From Anaeromyxobacteraceae bacterium (GTDB lineage: Bacteria; Myxococcota; Myxococcia; Myxococcales; Anaeromyxobacteraceae): 64,000 nucleotides of DNA. The notes under the pieces are model-generated. The model was not told the origin of the DNA and ran no database searches. It saw nothing but the letters and a program-made list of their open reading frames with translations. This document shows, piece by piece, positions 21,463-29,735 of the stretch (the stretch's first letter is position 1; each line of letters starts with the position of its first letter). The stretch lies in contig JASGHJ010000002.1 of NCBI GenBank assembly GCA_047602405.1, positions 2,912,001-2,976,000 of the forward strand. Direction: 5' to 3'. Made by a program: the position numbers and the translations under genes.

Positions 21463-21564
21463 GACGGAAAGTGAATCGCGATGTGGGCGGACAACCACCT
21501 CGGCCCCGACCCGGGGGAGGTAACCCGTGACCATGTCTGTCGGTGAGGGGCCGGTCCGCGGAGG

Positions 21565-22770
21565 CTACGGGGCCGCGAAGGCCCGCGCGGGCTTCCCGAG
21601 CAGGTAGCCCTGGAGGAGGTCGACCTCGAGCCCGGCGAGCGCCTCGCGCTCGGCCTCCGACTCGATGCCTTCCGCCACGACGAGGATGCCGAGGTCGTGC
21701 GAGGCCCGCGTGATGGACCCGACGAGCTTCTTCCGCACCGGGTCGGTCTCCACGCCGCGCACGAGCGACATGTCGATCTTCACGACCTCGGGGCGCAGCC
21801 GCGCGAACGAGGCGAGGCCGGCGAACCCGGCGCCGAGGTCGTCGACCGCGATGCGGAACCCGAGCCCGCGCAGGACGTCGAGCCGGGGGCCGAGGTCCTT
21901 CACGTCGGAGAGCGACGCGCGCTCGGTGATCTCGAGCACCACCCGGCGGGCCTGCTTCGAGAGCGGCGCCTCCTCGTCGTAGAGGTCCGGGTCGTCGAGG
22001 TCGAGCGGGTGGAGGTTCACGAACGCCACCACGCCCTCGGGGATGTGCTGGAGGCCGGCGGCGACGGCCTGGCGGACCGAGCGGCCGAGGTCGTTCAGGC
22101 GGTTGAGCTGCTCCGCCGCCAGGATGAAGTGGTCGGGGCGCGCGAGCGACGGCTCGTCGGTGCGGAGCAGCGCCTCGTAGGCGAAGACCTCGCCCGAGCG
22201 CCAGTCGGTCACCGGCTGGTAGGCCATCCAGCGCGCCGCGAGCGCCCGCTCGAAGCGCTCCTCGAGCTCGACCCGGGCGCGGACGCCGGCGCGGGCGGCC
22301 TCCTCGCCCACGAGGCGGAACGCCTGCTCGCGGGCCACCGCGAGGCGGTAGGTGCGCACGGCGTCGGAGACGGCCTCGGTGAGCTCGTCGGTGCCCACCG
22401 GCTTCTGCAGGTAGCGGAACGCGCCGGCCTCGACGGCCTGGATCGCGGACTGGAGGTCGGCGGAGCCGGTCGCGAGCACCACCGGCACGTCCGGGGCGAG
22501 CTCGTGCACGACCCGCAGCACGCCGAAGCCGTCGAGCCCGGCCATCCGGATGTCGGTGATGACGGCCTCGAAGTGATCGCGGGCGAGGAGCCCGGACAGC
22601 TCGCGGGACTCCTCGAGGATCTCGACGGCGAAGCCCGCCGCCTTGAGGATGCGTCGCCACGAGTGGAGGACGAGCTGGTCGTCGTCCACGAGCAGCACCC
22701 GCCCCTTCGACTGGGCGTGGGCGCCGGAGGCGGCCGCTTTGCTGCTGGTCTTGGTACTGGGGGGCGTCAT
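21565..22770 (-). CDS. Response regulator with EAL c-di-GMP phosphodiesterase domain
   Basis: RVLLVDDD/ITDIRM/YLQKP receiver; YQP, EALLR, EITE, DDLGAG, KID, AEGIE, QGY. Confidence 0.92.
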   Translation of the reverse strand: MTPPSTKTSSKAAASGAHAQSKGRVLLVDDDQLVLHSWRRILKAAGFAVEILEESRELSGLLARDHFEAVITDIRMAGLDGFGVLRVVHELAPDVPVVLATGSADLQSAIQAVEAGAFRYLQKPVGTDELTEAVSDAVRTYRLAVAREQAFRLVGEEAARAGVRARVELEERFERALAARWMAYQPVTDWRSGEVFAYEALLRTDEPSLARPDHFILAAEQLNRLNDLGRSVRQAVAAGLQHIPEGVVAFVNLHPLDLDDPDLYDEEAPLSKQARRVVLEITERASLSDVKDLGPRLDVLRGLGFRIAVDDLGAGFAGLASFARLRPEVVKIDMSLVRGVETDPVRKKLVGSITRASHDLGILVVAEGIESEAEREALAGLEVDLLQGYLLGKPARAFAAP

Positions 22771-23078
22771 GGGTGGCGCGGCTCCGCCGGGCCCAATGTG
22801 CGAGTTCCGGGCCACGGTGTCCACCCCGGCCCGTCCCCGGACCGCGCGTCGCTGCGCCGGCCAATCCTGCCCGCAAGATATCGACGCCACGGCAGGATCT
22901 GCCGCACCCACCCGCCGCCCGGCGGCGCCCCCCGCGCCGGAGGCCCACGCCGGGAGGGGGGTCGGCGGCACCCCGAGGCGCGGCGAAACCCGGGCGATCG
23001 ACCTGCCCCGGGGCGCACGCCCTGCGGGCCGGTCAGCGGGTGTTGCGGACGAGCCCTCCGAGACGCCCGACCTCCCGA

Positions 23079-23762
23079 TCAGCGGGAGATCTGCGCCCAG
23101 GAGATCGCGTAGTCGTTGTCGTCGATCGCGACCGAGCAGCCGCGGCGCCAGTCACCCCAGCGGTCGTCGTCGTGGTCGTCCTTGTGGTCGCCGTCCTTCT
23201 TCTTCGGCGGCGGCACCCGGCGCAGGCAGGCGCCGAAGGTGTACGTGCCGGCGCCCGGGATGGCGGTGGCGACGATCGGGTAGCCGTGGCGCGTGTGGCC
23301 GACGTCGACGTTCTGGAACACGTCGGGCACGAGCGGCGCGGGGGCGGCGTCCTTCCTCGCGAGGCAGAAGGTGAGCGACACCTCGACCTCGCCCGAGCGC
23401 GTCCCGAGCGCGAGCGTGCCGGAGGCGGTGATGCGCTGGCCCTCGAGGAGGCCCACGGCGGCGGTGGGGCCGACGAAGACGAAGTCCTTCGCGTCGTCGC
23501 GGCCGATCGCGGCGATGCTGCCGGCGAGCGACACGGTGTCGACGATGGCGGTGGCGCCCTGCGGGCCGACGTCACCCTGGAGGCCTTGCGGCCCCGGCAC
23601 GCCCTCGAGGCCCTGCGGGCCGGTGTCGCCCTTCGGGCCCTGCGGCCCGGTGGGCCCGGTGGGCCCCTGGACCGCCACCGTGGCGGCCGACGAGCCGGTC
23701 TTCGTGCTCGAGCCGCACGCCGTGAGGACGGCGAGCGCGGCGAGCGTCGCGATGAGGCGCAA
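23079..23762 (-). CDS. Collagen-like (Gly-X-Y) lipoprotein
   Basis: LTAC lipobox and about 12 G-X-Y triplets; probable TTG start at 23762 with upstream AGGGGGA. Confidence 0.7.
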   Translation of the reverse strand: MRLIATLAALAVLTACGSSTKTGSSAATVAVQGPTGPTGPQGPKGDTGPQGLEGVPGPQGLQGDVGPQGATAIVDTVSLAGSIAAIGRDDAKDFVFVGPTAAVGLLEGQRITASGTLALGTRSGEVEVSLTFCLARKDAAPAPLVPDVFQNVDVGHTRHGYPIVATAIPGAGTYTFGACLRRVPPPKKKDGDHKDDHDDDRWGDWRRGCSVAIDDNDYAISWAQISR

Positions 23763-23886
23763 GATGGTGTTCCCCCTGAGGCCCAGGATGGTACCCCACC
23801 GGCGGGGGTGTGCGGTGGCCCCCGACGGCGCCACACCCCCCGGGGCTCGCGGGGCGCCTCCCTCGAATCCTGGGACAGCAAGGCCC

Positions 23887-24705
23887 TCAGTCGTCGAGGC
23901 CGTGCTGCTCGAGCGCCCGCGCCGCCTCGGACCGCGAGTCCGGATTCACGGTCAGCTCATAGGCGCGCAGCCGCTGGTACGCCGCGTAGCTCGCGTCCTG
24001 CCACGCGACGGCGAGGCCGCGCCAGCCGTCGAGGCACGCGAGCCGGAAGAGGTAGTCGCGGACGAACGCCGCGAGGAACACGAGCGGGAGCGCCCAGACG
24101 CCCGGGGGCCTCCCGGCGTCCACGCGGGTCTGCGCCTTGAGCTCGCCGTAGCGCAGCGTCTTCAGCGATTGGTGCACGAGCGTGGGGCTCTGGTGGTGCA
24201 GGAACGGCGCGCGCAGGGTCTCGACCGGGCCGCCGAACACCATGGTCTCGTGCACGCGCACGTCGGTCCAGCGCGCGCGGCCCCGGTGGTAGAGCCGGCC
24301 CTGCTTCTCGCCCACGAGCGGCCGGTAGAAGCGCATGGGCCTGCCCATGTAGGAGGCCGAGCGGAGCAGCCACGCGCCCGCCTTCCGCTCCGCCTCGAGC
24401 GCCGGGAGCCGCGCCTCGATCTCCGCCGCGAGCGCGGGCGAGAGCTCCTCGTCGGCGTCGAGGAAGAGGATCCAGTCGTTCCGGGCGAGCGTCGAGGCGT
24501 GGTTCCGCTGCGGCCCGAAGCCGAGCCAGGGCTGGTCGACCACCCGCGCGCCGTGCGCCACGGCGACGTCGCGGGTGCGGTCCCGCGAGCCGGAGTCGAC
24601 CACGATCTTCTCGTCGGCGAACGGCACCGAGTCGAGGCAGCGCCCGAGCTGGTGCGCCTCGTTGCGGGCCATGACGAGCAGGGTGAGCGGGATCCGCGCC
24701 ATCAC
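23887..24705 (-). CDS. Glycosyltransferase family 2 (WaaE/KdtX-like)
   Basis: NEA, VVDSGSRD, GFGPQRN, FLDADE, VHE, LDGWRG. Confidence 0.9.
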   Translation of the reverse strand: MMARIPLTLLVMARNEAHQLGRCLDSVPFADEKIVVDSGSRDRTRDVAVAHGARVVDQPWLGFGPQRNHASTLARNDWILFLDADEELSPALAAEIEARLPALEAERKAGAWLLRSASYMGRPMRFYRPLVGEKQGRLYHRGRARWTDVRVHETMVFGGPVETLRAPFLHHQSPTLVHQSLKTLRYGELKAQTRVDAGRPPGVWALPLVFLAAFVRDYLFRLACLDGWRGLAVAWQDASYAAYQRLRAYELTVNPDSRSEAARALEQHGLDD

Positions 24706-24719
24706 CGGCTCCAGGACAT

Positions 24720-24754
24720 GAAAAAGCCCCGCAGCTGGACGAGGGCTGCGGGGC
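24720..24754 (-). terminator. Rho-independent terminator after tRNA-Glu
   Basis: Minus strand GCCCCGCAGC-loop-GCTGCGGGGC-TTTTT. Confidence 0.85.
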
Positions 24755-24760
24755 CGATGC

Positions 24761-24835
<75 letters not shown>

Positions 24836-24850
24836 ATTTTTCGAGCCCTG

Positions 24851-24879
24851 CTTCTACCCGCGGGCGCTGCGGCAGTCAA
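24851..24879 (-). promoter_or_regulatory. Sigma70-type promoter for tRNA-Glu
   Basis: TTGACT-17 bp-TAGAAG just upstream of the tRNA 5' end. Confidence 0.7.
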
Positions 24880-24907
24880 CGCCGGGATGCGGGGTGGGAC
24901 ATTACAG

Positions 24908-24978
24908 CTGGGGGACAAGGATTCGAACCTTGATAGCCAGATCCAGAGACTGGCGTCCTGCCGTTAGACGATCCCCCA
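24908..24978 (-). tRNA. tRNA-Gln (anticodon CTG), CCA not encoded
   Basis: TGGGGGATCGTCTAACGGCAGGACG-CCAGT-CTCTGGA-TCTGG...GGTTCGAATCC...CCCCCAG; U1-A72 pair typical of tRNA-Gln. Confidence 0.95.
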
Positions 24979-25041
24979 ATCTCGTTCCGGACGCTCAGCG
25001 GCCCGGCTGCTGCTGCGCTGCTGCGCTACCTCTCTGCTGCT

Positions 25042-25401
25042 CTACTGCTTCTTCTCCGGCTCCTCGGCGATCACGACGAAGACCCTCGTCTCGCCGCGGA
25101 GCTCGTAGACGTTCAACCCTTCCCACCTGCCCGGCTTCGCGTCCGGGTTCTCGATGTGCACGGCCTTCACGGCGGGAAGATCCGCGATCGGCCGCCGCCG
25201 GTACCTCGGTCCGTAGACCTGGCGGTAGAACTTCAGCGTCTCCTCGAAGCCCCGGCCGACCTTGTACCGGCGGTCCGCCACCTTCACGGCGTCGTCCGGG
25301 AGCGTGGCCCCGGCGACCTCGGTGGCGAGCGCCGCGCCCGGCAGGAGCGCGAGGAACGCAACAAGCGCGGCCTTGTAGCGCGTGGCGGCGTGCATCGTCA
25401 A
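25042..25401 (-). CDS. Small secreted hypothetical protein
   Basis: Signal peptide ending ALA; host codon usage. Confidence 0.7.
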   Translation of the reverse strand: MTMHAATRYKAALVAFLALLPGAALATEVAGATLPDDAVKVADRRYKVGRGFEETLKFYRQVYGPRYRRRPIADLPAVKAVHIENPDAKPGRWEGLNVYELRGETRVFVVIAEEPEKKQ

Positions 25402-25432
25402 GGGTCCCGTGTACCCGTCCCGGACCGCCCCG

Positions 25433-25981
25433 TCAACGCCAGACCCCGTAGGCCTTCCCCTTGTGGCCGGCCTCGCGGAGCACGAGCTCCCCGCGCTTCC
25501 AGGCGGCGGCCGCCTTCGGGCCGATCCAGCTGCCCTTCGGCTCGCTCCGGCGCCAGCTCTTCTTGAACAGGGTCGTGATCTCGTCGAACACCGACCGCAG
25601 GCCGCGGGGCTTCCCCTTGCGGTCGGTCGGGTCGTCGCTGACGTCGAGCTCGGCCCAGAGCCGGCCCTGGACGAGCTCGCCCTTCTCGTTCGGCACCGAG
25701 CGCTCGTAGTGGAAGACCGGCGACGGGATCTCCTCGATGACGAGCATCCCGCGGTCCGGGCCGCGCTTCACCGGGTGGACGATCACCGGCCCGAGGCGCT
25801 CGGCCGCCATGTACCAGCTCGAGGCGTCGCCGAGGCGCTCGACGGAGTCCTCGTGCACGGGGATCGGCGCGAAGCCGGGGGGGATGAGCTCGGGGTAGAG
25901 CGTGAGCTCGCGCCGCGCGAGGACGCGGAACAGCGCGCGCTCGTCGTCGGGCAGCATGAAGTAGAAGATGGTGGCGGCCAT
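25433..25981 (-). CDS. Hypothetical protein
   Basis: Host codon usage; directly abuts the upstream gene's stop. Confidence 0.75.
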   Translation of the reverse strand: MAATIFYFMLPDDERALFRVLARRELTLYPELIPPGFAPIPVHEDSVERLGDASSWYMAAERLGPVIVHPVKRGPDRGMLVIEEIPSPVFHYERSVPNEKGELVQGRLWAELDVSDDPTDRKGKPRGLRSVFDEITTLFKKSWRRSEPKGSWIGPKAAAAWKRGELVLREAGHKGKAYGVWR

Positions 25982-27331
25982 TCACTCCCGTCCAGGGAGC
26001 TGGTCATACCGCCTTCCGGCCGCCTCCGCGACCTTCCCGAGATCGTCCGCCGACGCCCGGTCGTGCGCGCCCCCGGGCCCGCGGTCCGCGTAGAGCACGT
26101 TCACGATCCGTCCGTCGCAGAGGATCGGCACCGCCACCCCGCCCAGCGGCGGGCCGCCGCCGATGGCCTGGACGAGCTTCCAGTCGGCCTCGACGTGCGC
26201 GAGCGGCCCGTCGACCGTCATGCCGTGGAGGACCGCGGCCGAGACGATGCCCGGGTCGCCGAGCGGGAGGAGGAGCGTGCGGAGCGCCTCGGCGCCGACC
26301 CCCGGGGCCCGGCCGTCGATGGCGCACGCGAGGCCGTTGTCGAGGCGGAAGAGCACGGTCCGGTAGAACCGGCCGGCGGCGTGGCGGAGCAGGATGCCGA
26401 GCACGGCCTCGCGGTCGCGGGCGGCCGCCATGGCGGTGAGCGAGACCTGCAGGTCCACCGGCCACTCGGCCGGGGGCTCGCCCGGACGCACCGGCACGGC
26501 GGGCGGCTCGCCGCGGTCGAGCGCGAGCTTCGCCAGGAGGTCGCGGGTGAAGGAGGGCAGCTCGAGCGGCGGCGGCTCCGGGCGGCCGCGCGGCGGCGGG
26601 GCCTCCACGGGCTCCCCCTCGAGCGGCGCGTCCTCGGCCTCCCCGGGCCCGGAGAGGTCGAGCGCCGGCACGCCGCCGGGGAGCGGCGGCGTGGGCGCGT
26701 CCACGAGGGCCCGGCCGGCCGGCGGGGCCACCACCGGCTCCTCGTCCTCGCCGGCGAGGCCGAGCAGCGCCGGGCCATCCTGATCGACCACCTGCCCGGT
26801 CACGGCGTCGAACGCGCGGGCCCGCGGCGCGCGCGCGGCGCCGGGCGCCTCGGAGGGCGCGCGCGGCCGGAGGATCCCGGAGCGCATCGCCACCGCGCGC
26901 AGGTGGCGGTCCACCCGGTAGTGCGCGCGGAGCAGGTGCGCGAGGCGGGTCTCGGTGACCACCGCCGGCGCCACCTGCTTGCCTGACACGAAGGAGATCT
27001 CGTCGAGCAGGCCCAGCGCCCCGGGCTCGATGCAGCAGACGGTGAGCCGCCGGCCCTCGACCCGGTACGGCACCGCGTTGCAGCGGTCGGCGAGGTCGGC
27101 CGGCACGAGCGCGAGCGCGGCCGGGTCGGGGGTGAGGTCGTCGCCCGCGAGCCAGGGCACGCCGTACTTCGCCCCCAGCACCTCGGCGAGGTCCTCCTCG
27201 CGCACGGCGCCCGCCTCGATGAGGTTCGTGCCCAGGCGGCCGCCGAACAGCACCTGGTTCTCGAGGGCCGCGTGGAGGCCCTCGAGCGTGCACGCGTTCC
27301 TCGCGAGCAGCATGTCGCCGATGCGCCGCAT
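25982..27331 (-). CDS. GspE/PilB N-terminal (MshEN) domain protein with Pro-rich linker and GAF-like C-terminus; no ATPase domain
   Basis: RIGDMLL...AALENQ and RLGTNLIEAG tandem motifs; AVPYR; C-terminal VAVPI...VLYAD. Confidence 0.75.
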   Translation of the reverse strand: MRRIGDMLLARNACTLEGLHAALENQVLFGGRLGTNLIEAGAVREEDLAEVLGAKYGVPWLAGDDLTPDPAALALVPADLADRCNAVPYRVEGRRLTVCCIEPGALGLLDEISFVSGKQVAPAVVTETRLAHLLRAHYRVDRHLRAVAMRSGILRPRAPSEAPGAARAPRARAFDAVTGQVVDQDGPALLGLAGEDEEPVVAPPAGRALVDAPTPPLPGGVPALDLSGPGEAEDAPLEGEPVEAPPPRGRPEPPPLELPSFTRDLLAKLALDRGEPPAVPVRPGEPPAEWPVDLQVSLTAMAAARDREAVLGILLRHAAGRFYRTVLFRLDNGLACAIDGRAPGVGAEALRTLLLPLGDPGIVSAAVLHGMTVDGPLAHVEADWKLVQAIGGGPPLGGVAVPILCDGRIVNVLYADRGPGGAHDRASADDLGKVAEAAGRRYDQLPGRE

Positions 27332-27339
27332 CCGCCCCC

Positions 27340-28755
27340 TCAGGCCCTCCCCGGCTTCGTGAGCCGCGCGGGATCCAGGACCCGGCGCGCCTCCGCCGAA
27401 CGCAGCGTACCGGTCTCCACGGCCACCTCGCGAATCCCACGGCCGCTCGACAGCGAGGTCTTCACGATCTCCGCGGCACGGACATACCCGATCCGTGGGG
27501 CGAGCGCGGTCGCGAGGCTCACCGTCCGCTCCGCGTAGTCATTGCAGCGAGCGGTGTCGGCCTCGAGCCCGCGGGCGCAGCGGTGGTCGAACGTGTGCAC
27601 CGCGGCGGCGAGCACCTCCATCGCGTGGCAGAGGTCGAAGGCCACGAGCGGCATCATGACGTTGAGCTCGAGCTGGCCCGCCGCGGCGGCCCAGGCGATG
27701 GCGCCGTCGAGGCCGATGACCTGGTACGACACCATCGAGAGCATCTCGGCCATCGAGGGGTTCACCTTGCCCGGCATGATCGACGAGCCGGGCTGGACCG
27801 CCGGCAGCCGGAGCTCGCCGAGCCCGGTGGCCGGGCCGCTCCCGAGGAGCCGCACGTCGCCCGACAGGCGCACGAGCTCGAGCGCGGCGACCCGGAGCGC
27901 GCCCGAGAGCGCCGCGAAGGGCGCGAGCGACTGCATCGCGTAGAACGGGTTCGGGTGCGGCTGCAGCGGGATGCCGGTGAGCTTCTCCAGCTCCTTCGCG
28001 GCGAGCGCGGCGTAGCGCGGGTGGGCGTTCACGCCGGTGCCGACGGCGGTGCCGCCGAGGCCGACGAGCGAGAGCTCCGGGAGCACGTCGCGGATCCGCC
28101 GCGCGGCGTTCCGGACCGCCGCCGCCCAGCCCGAGACCTCCTGGCCGAGCCGGATGGGCGTCGCGTCCATGAGGTGCGTGCGGCCCGACTTCACCACGCG
28201 GTCCCAGGCCTTCGCCTTCTTCTCGAAGGTGCCGGCGAGGTCGGAGAGCGCGGCGAGCAGCGGCGGCGCGAGCTCCAGGGCGGCGAGCCGGATCGCGGTC
28301 GGCACGACGTCGTTCGTCGACTGCGCCATGTTGACGTCGTCGTTCGGGTCGACCGCCGCGCGGTCCCCGCGCGTCCGCCCGAGGAGCTCGGCGGCCCGGT
28401 TCGCGAGCACCTCGTTGACGTTCATGTGGTGCGAGGTGCCGGCGCCGGCCTGGTACACGTCGACGACGAACTGCTCGCGGTGGTGGCCGGCGAGCACCTC
28501 CCGCGCGGCCGCCTCGATGGCGCGCGCCTTCACCCTAGGTAACAGGCCCAGCCTCGCGTTCGCACGCGCGGCGGCGATCTTGATCCGCACCGTCGCGTCC
28601 ACGAACGCCGGGTGGGCGACGAGCCCGGAGATCGGGAAGTTCTCGACCGCGCGCGCCGTCTGCGCGCCGTAGAGCGCCGCCGCCGGGACGCGCAGCTCGC
28701 CCATCGTGTCGCGCTCGGTCCGCGTGCGCGGACGGCGCCCCCCCTGCTTGGCCAT
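27340..28755 (-). CDS. Aspartate ammonia-lyase / class II fumarase family lyase
   Basis: YGAQTARA, GAGTS, QSTND, GRTH, GSSIMPGKVNP signature; the two activities cannot be told apart by eye. Confidence 0.9.
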   Translation of the reverse strand: MAKQGGRRPRTRTERDTMGELRVPAAALYGAQTARAVENFPISGLVAHPAFVDATVRIKIAAARANARLGLLPRVKARAIEAAAREVLAGHHREQFVVDVYQAGAGTSHHMNVNEVLANRAAELLGRTRGDRAAVDPNDDVNMAQSTNDVVPTAIRLAALELAPPLLAALSDLAGTFEKKAKAWDRVVKSGRTHLMDATPIRLGQEVSGWAAAVRNAARRIRDVLPELSLVGLGGTAVGTGVNAHPRYAALAAKELEKLTGIPLQPHPNPFYAMQSLAPFAALSGALRVAALELVRLSGDVRLLGSGPATGLGELRLPAVQPGSSIMPGKVNPSMAEMLSMVSYQVIGLDGAIAWAAAAGQLELNVMMPLVAFDLCHAMEVLAAAVHTFDHRCARGLEADTARCNDYAERTVSLATALAPRIGYVRAAEIVKTSLSSGRGIREVAVETGTLRSAEARRVLDPARLTKPGRA

Positions 28756-28764
28756 GTCCCCGTT

Positions 28765-29466
28765 CTAAGGGACGGCGAGCCTGGAGGCCAGCCTTCGCAG
28801 CGCCAGCTCCGTCTTCGCGTCCTCGATCTCGCCCGCCTCGCAGGCGCTCAGGGCAGCCCCGAGGCCGCGCCAGGTCAGCAGGGCGCCCTCCTCCAGGGGT
28901 GAACCGTCCCCGGGGCCCGGCGCGTCGTAGGTATCCGGTCCAACGTTCGGCTTCTCCACCTCCACCTCGAGGAGGTGGATCTTCTCGGAGACGATGCCCG
29001 GCAGCGGGAAGAAGGGCCCGCCCAGCCTCAGGAGGCGCGAGGGCTCGACGGTGAGGCCGGCCTCCTCGTGCAGCTCGTCGGCGCCGCGCCGCTGCAGCGC
29101 CTCGAAGCCGAGCTCGCCCGGCTCGAGCACGCCGGCGACGAGCTCCTCCACGAGCAGGTACTCGGGCTCCGGCAGCACCGGCGTCCGGCCGCGGCGGAAG
29201 TACGCCGCCGGCCTGAGGCCGCGGCGGGTGAGGACCTCGATGCCGTCCCCCGGGGCGCCGGTGCGGGCCGCGGTCCGAGCCCAGACGCAGACCGCGACGG
29301 CGTCGAGCGTCGGGCGGTCCACGAGATCGATCGGGTAGGTGCGCGAGCACGTGCCGTCGGCGTGGCGGTTGCGCGCGGTGAGGCGCTTCAGGCGCAGGAA
29401 CCCCTCGTCCAGGCGGGCACGGTGGGTGTAGTCCTCGACGACCTCGATCGCGGCGACGCGGGGCAT
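28765..29466 (-). CDS. NUDIX hydrolase (ADP-ribose pyrophosphatase-like)
   Basis: AGVLEPGE...DELHEEAG Nudix box; PG..SEKIH; IEDAKT. Confidence 0.82.
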   Translation of the reverse strand: MPRVAAIEVVEDYTHRARLDEGFLRLKRLTARNRHADGTCSRTYPIDLVDRPTLDAVAVCVWARTAARTGAPGDGIEVLTRRGLRPAAYFRRGRTPVLPEPEYLLVEELVAGVLEPGELGFEALQRRGADELHEEAGLTVEPSRLLRLGGPFFPLPGIVSEKIHLLEVEVEKPNVGPDTYDAPGPGDGSPLEEGALLTWRGLGAALSACEAGEIEDAKTELALRRLASRLAVP

Positions 29467-29651
29467 GGGGAGAAGGTACCCCCGAACCCGGCGCGGCGCG
29501 GTGCGGCGCGCCCGGCGCGAGGGTCCACGGAACCGGGTCTATGCAACCCCGGGTTCGGGCGGTCGAACCTTACGCCCGCGCCCGGTGAAGACCCGACACG
29601 CATAACCCCCCGCCGGGACGCGACTCCGCCTCCGCGCGCCCGGGGTCTCGC

Positions 29652-29667
29652 TGGCTCCGCTCGTGCA
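29652..29667 (+). promoter_or_regulatory. Putative sigma54 (-24/-12) promoter of the chemoreceptor
   Basis: TGGCTCCGCTCGTGCA, with GG-N10-GC spacing, about 70 bp upstream of the ATG. Confidence 0.5.
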
Positions 29668-29735
29668 ACGCTCACGCGCACCCTGCCCCACCGCGGCCAC
29701 CACGGCGCGCGGCCACGGCTGGACGGACTCAACCC

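Noticed and set aside
21538..21560. Second PafBC-like site (TGTCGGTG)
   Set aside because: No -10 hexamer at N10 spacing and no plus-strand gene downstream.
22980..23050. c-di-GMP-I (GEMM) riboswitch-like words (GGCGAAACC...GGGCGCAC)
   Set aside because: It is on the strand opposite the flanking genes and lacks the GNRA-capped stem and GCAAAG junction.
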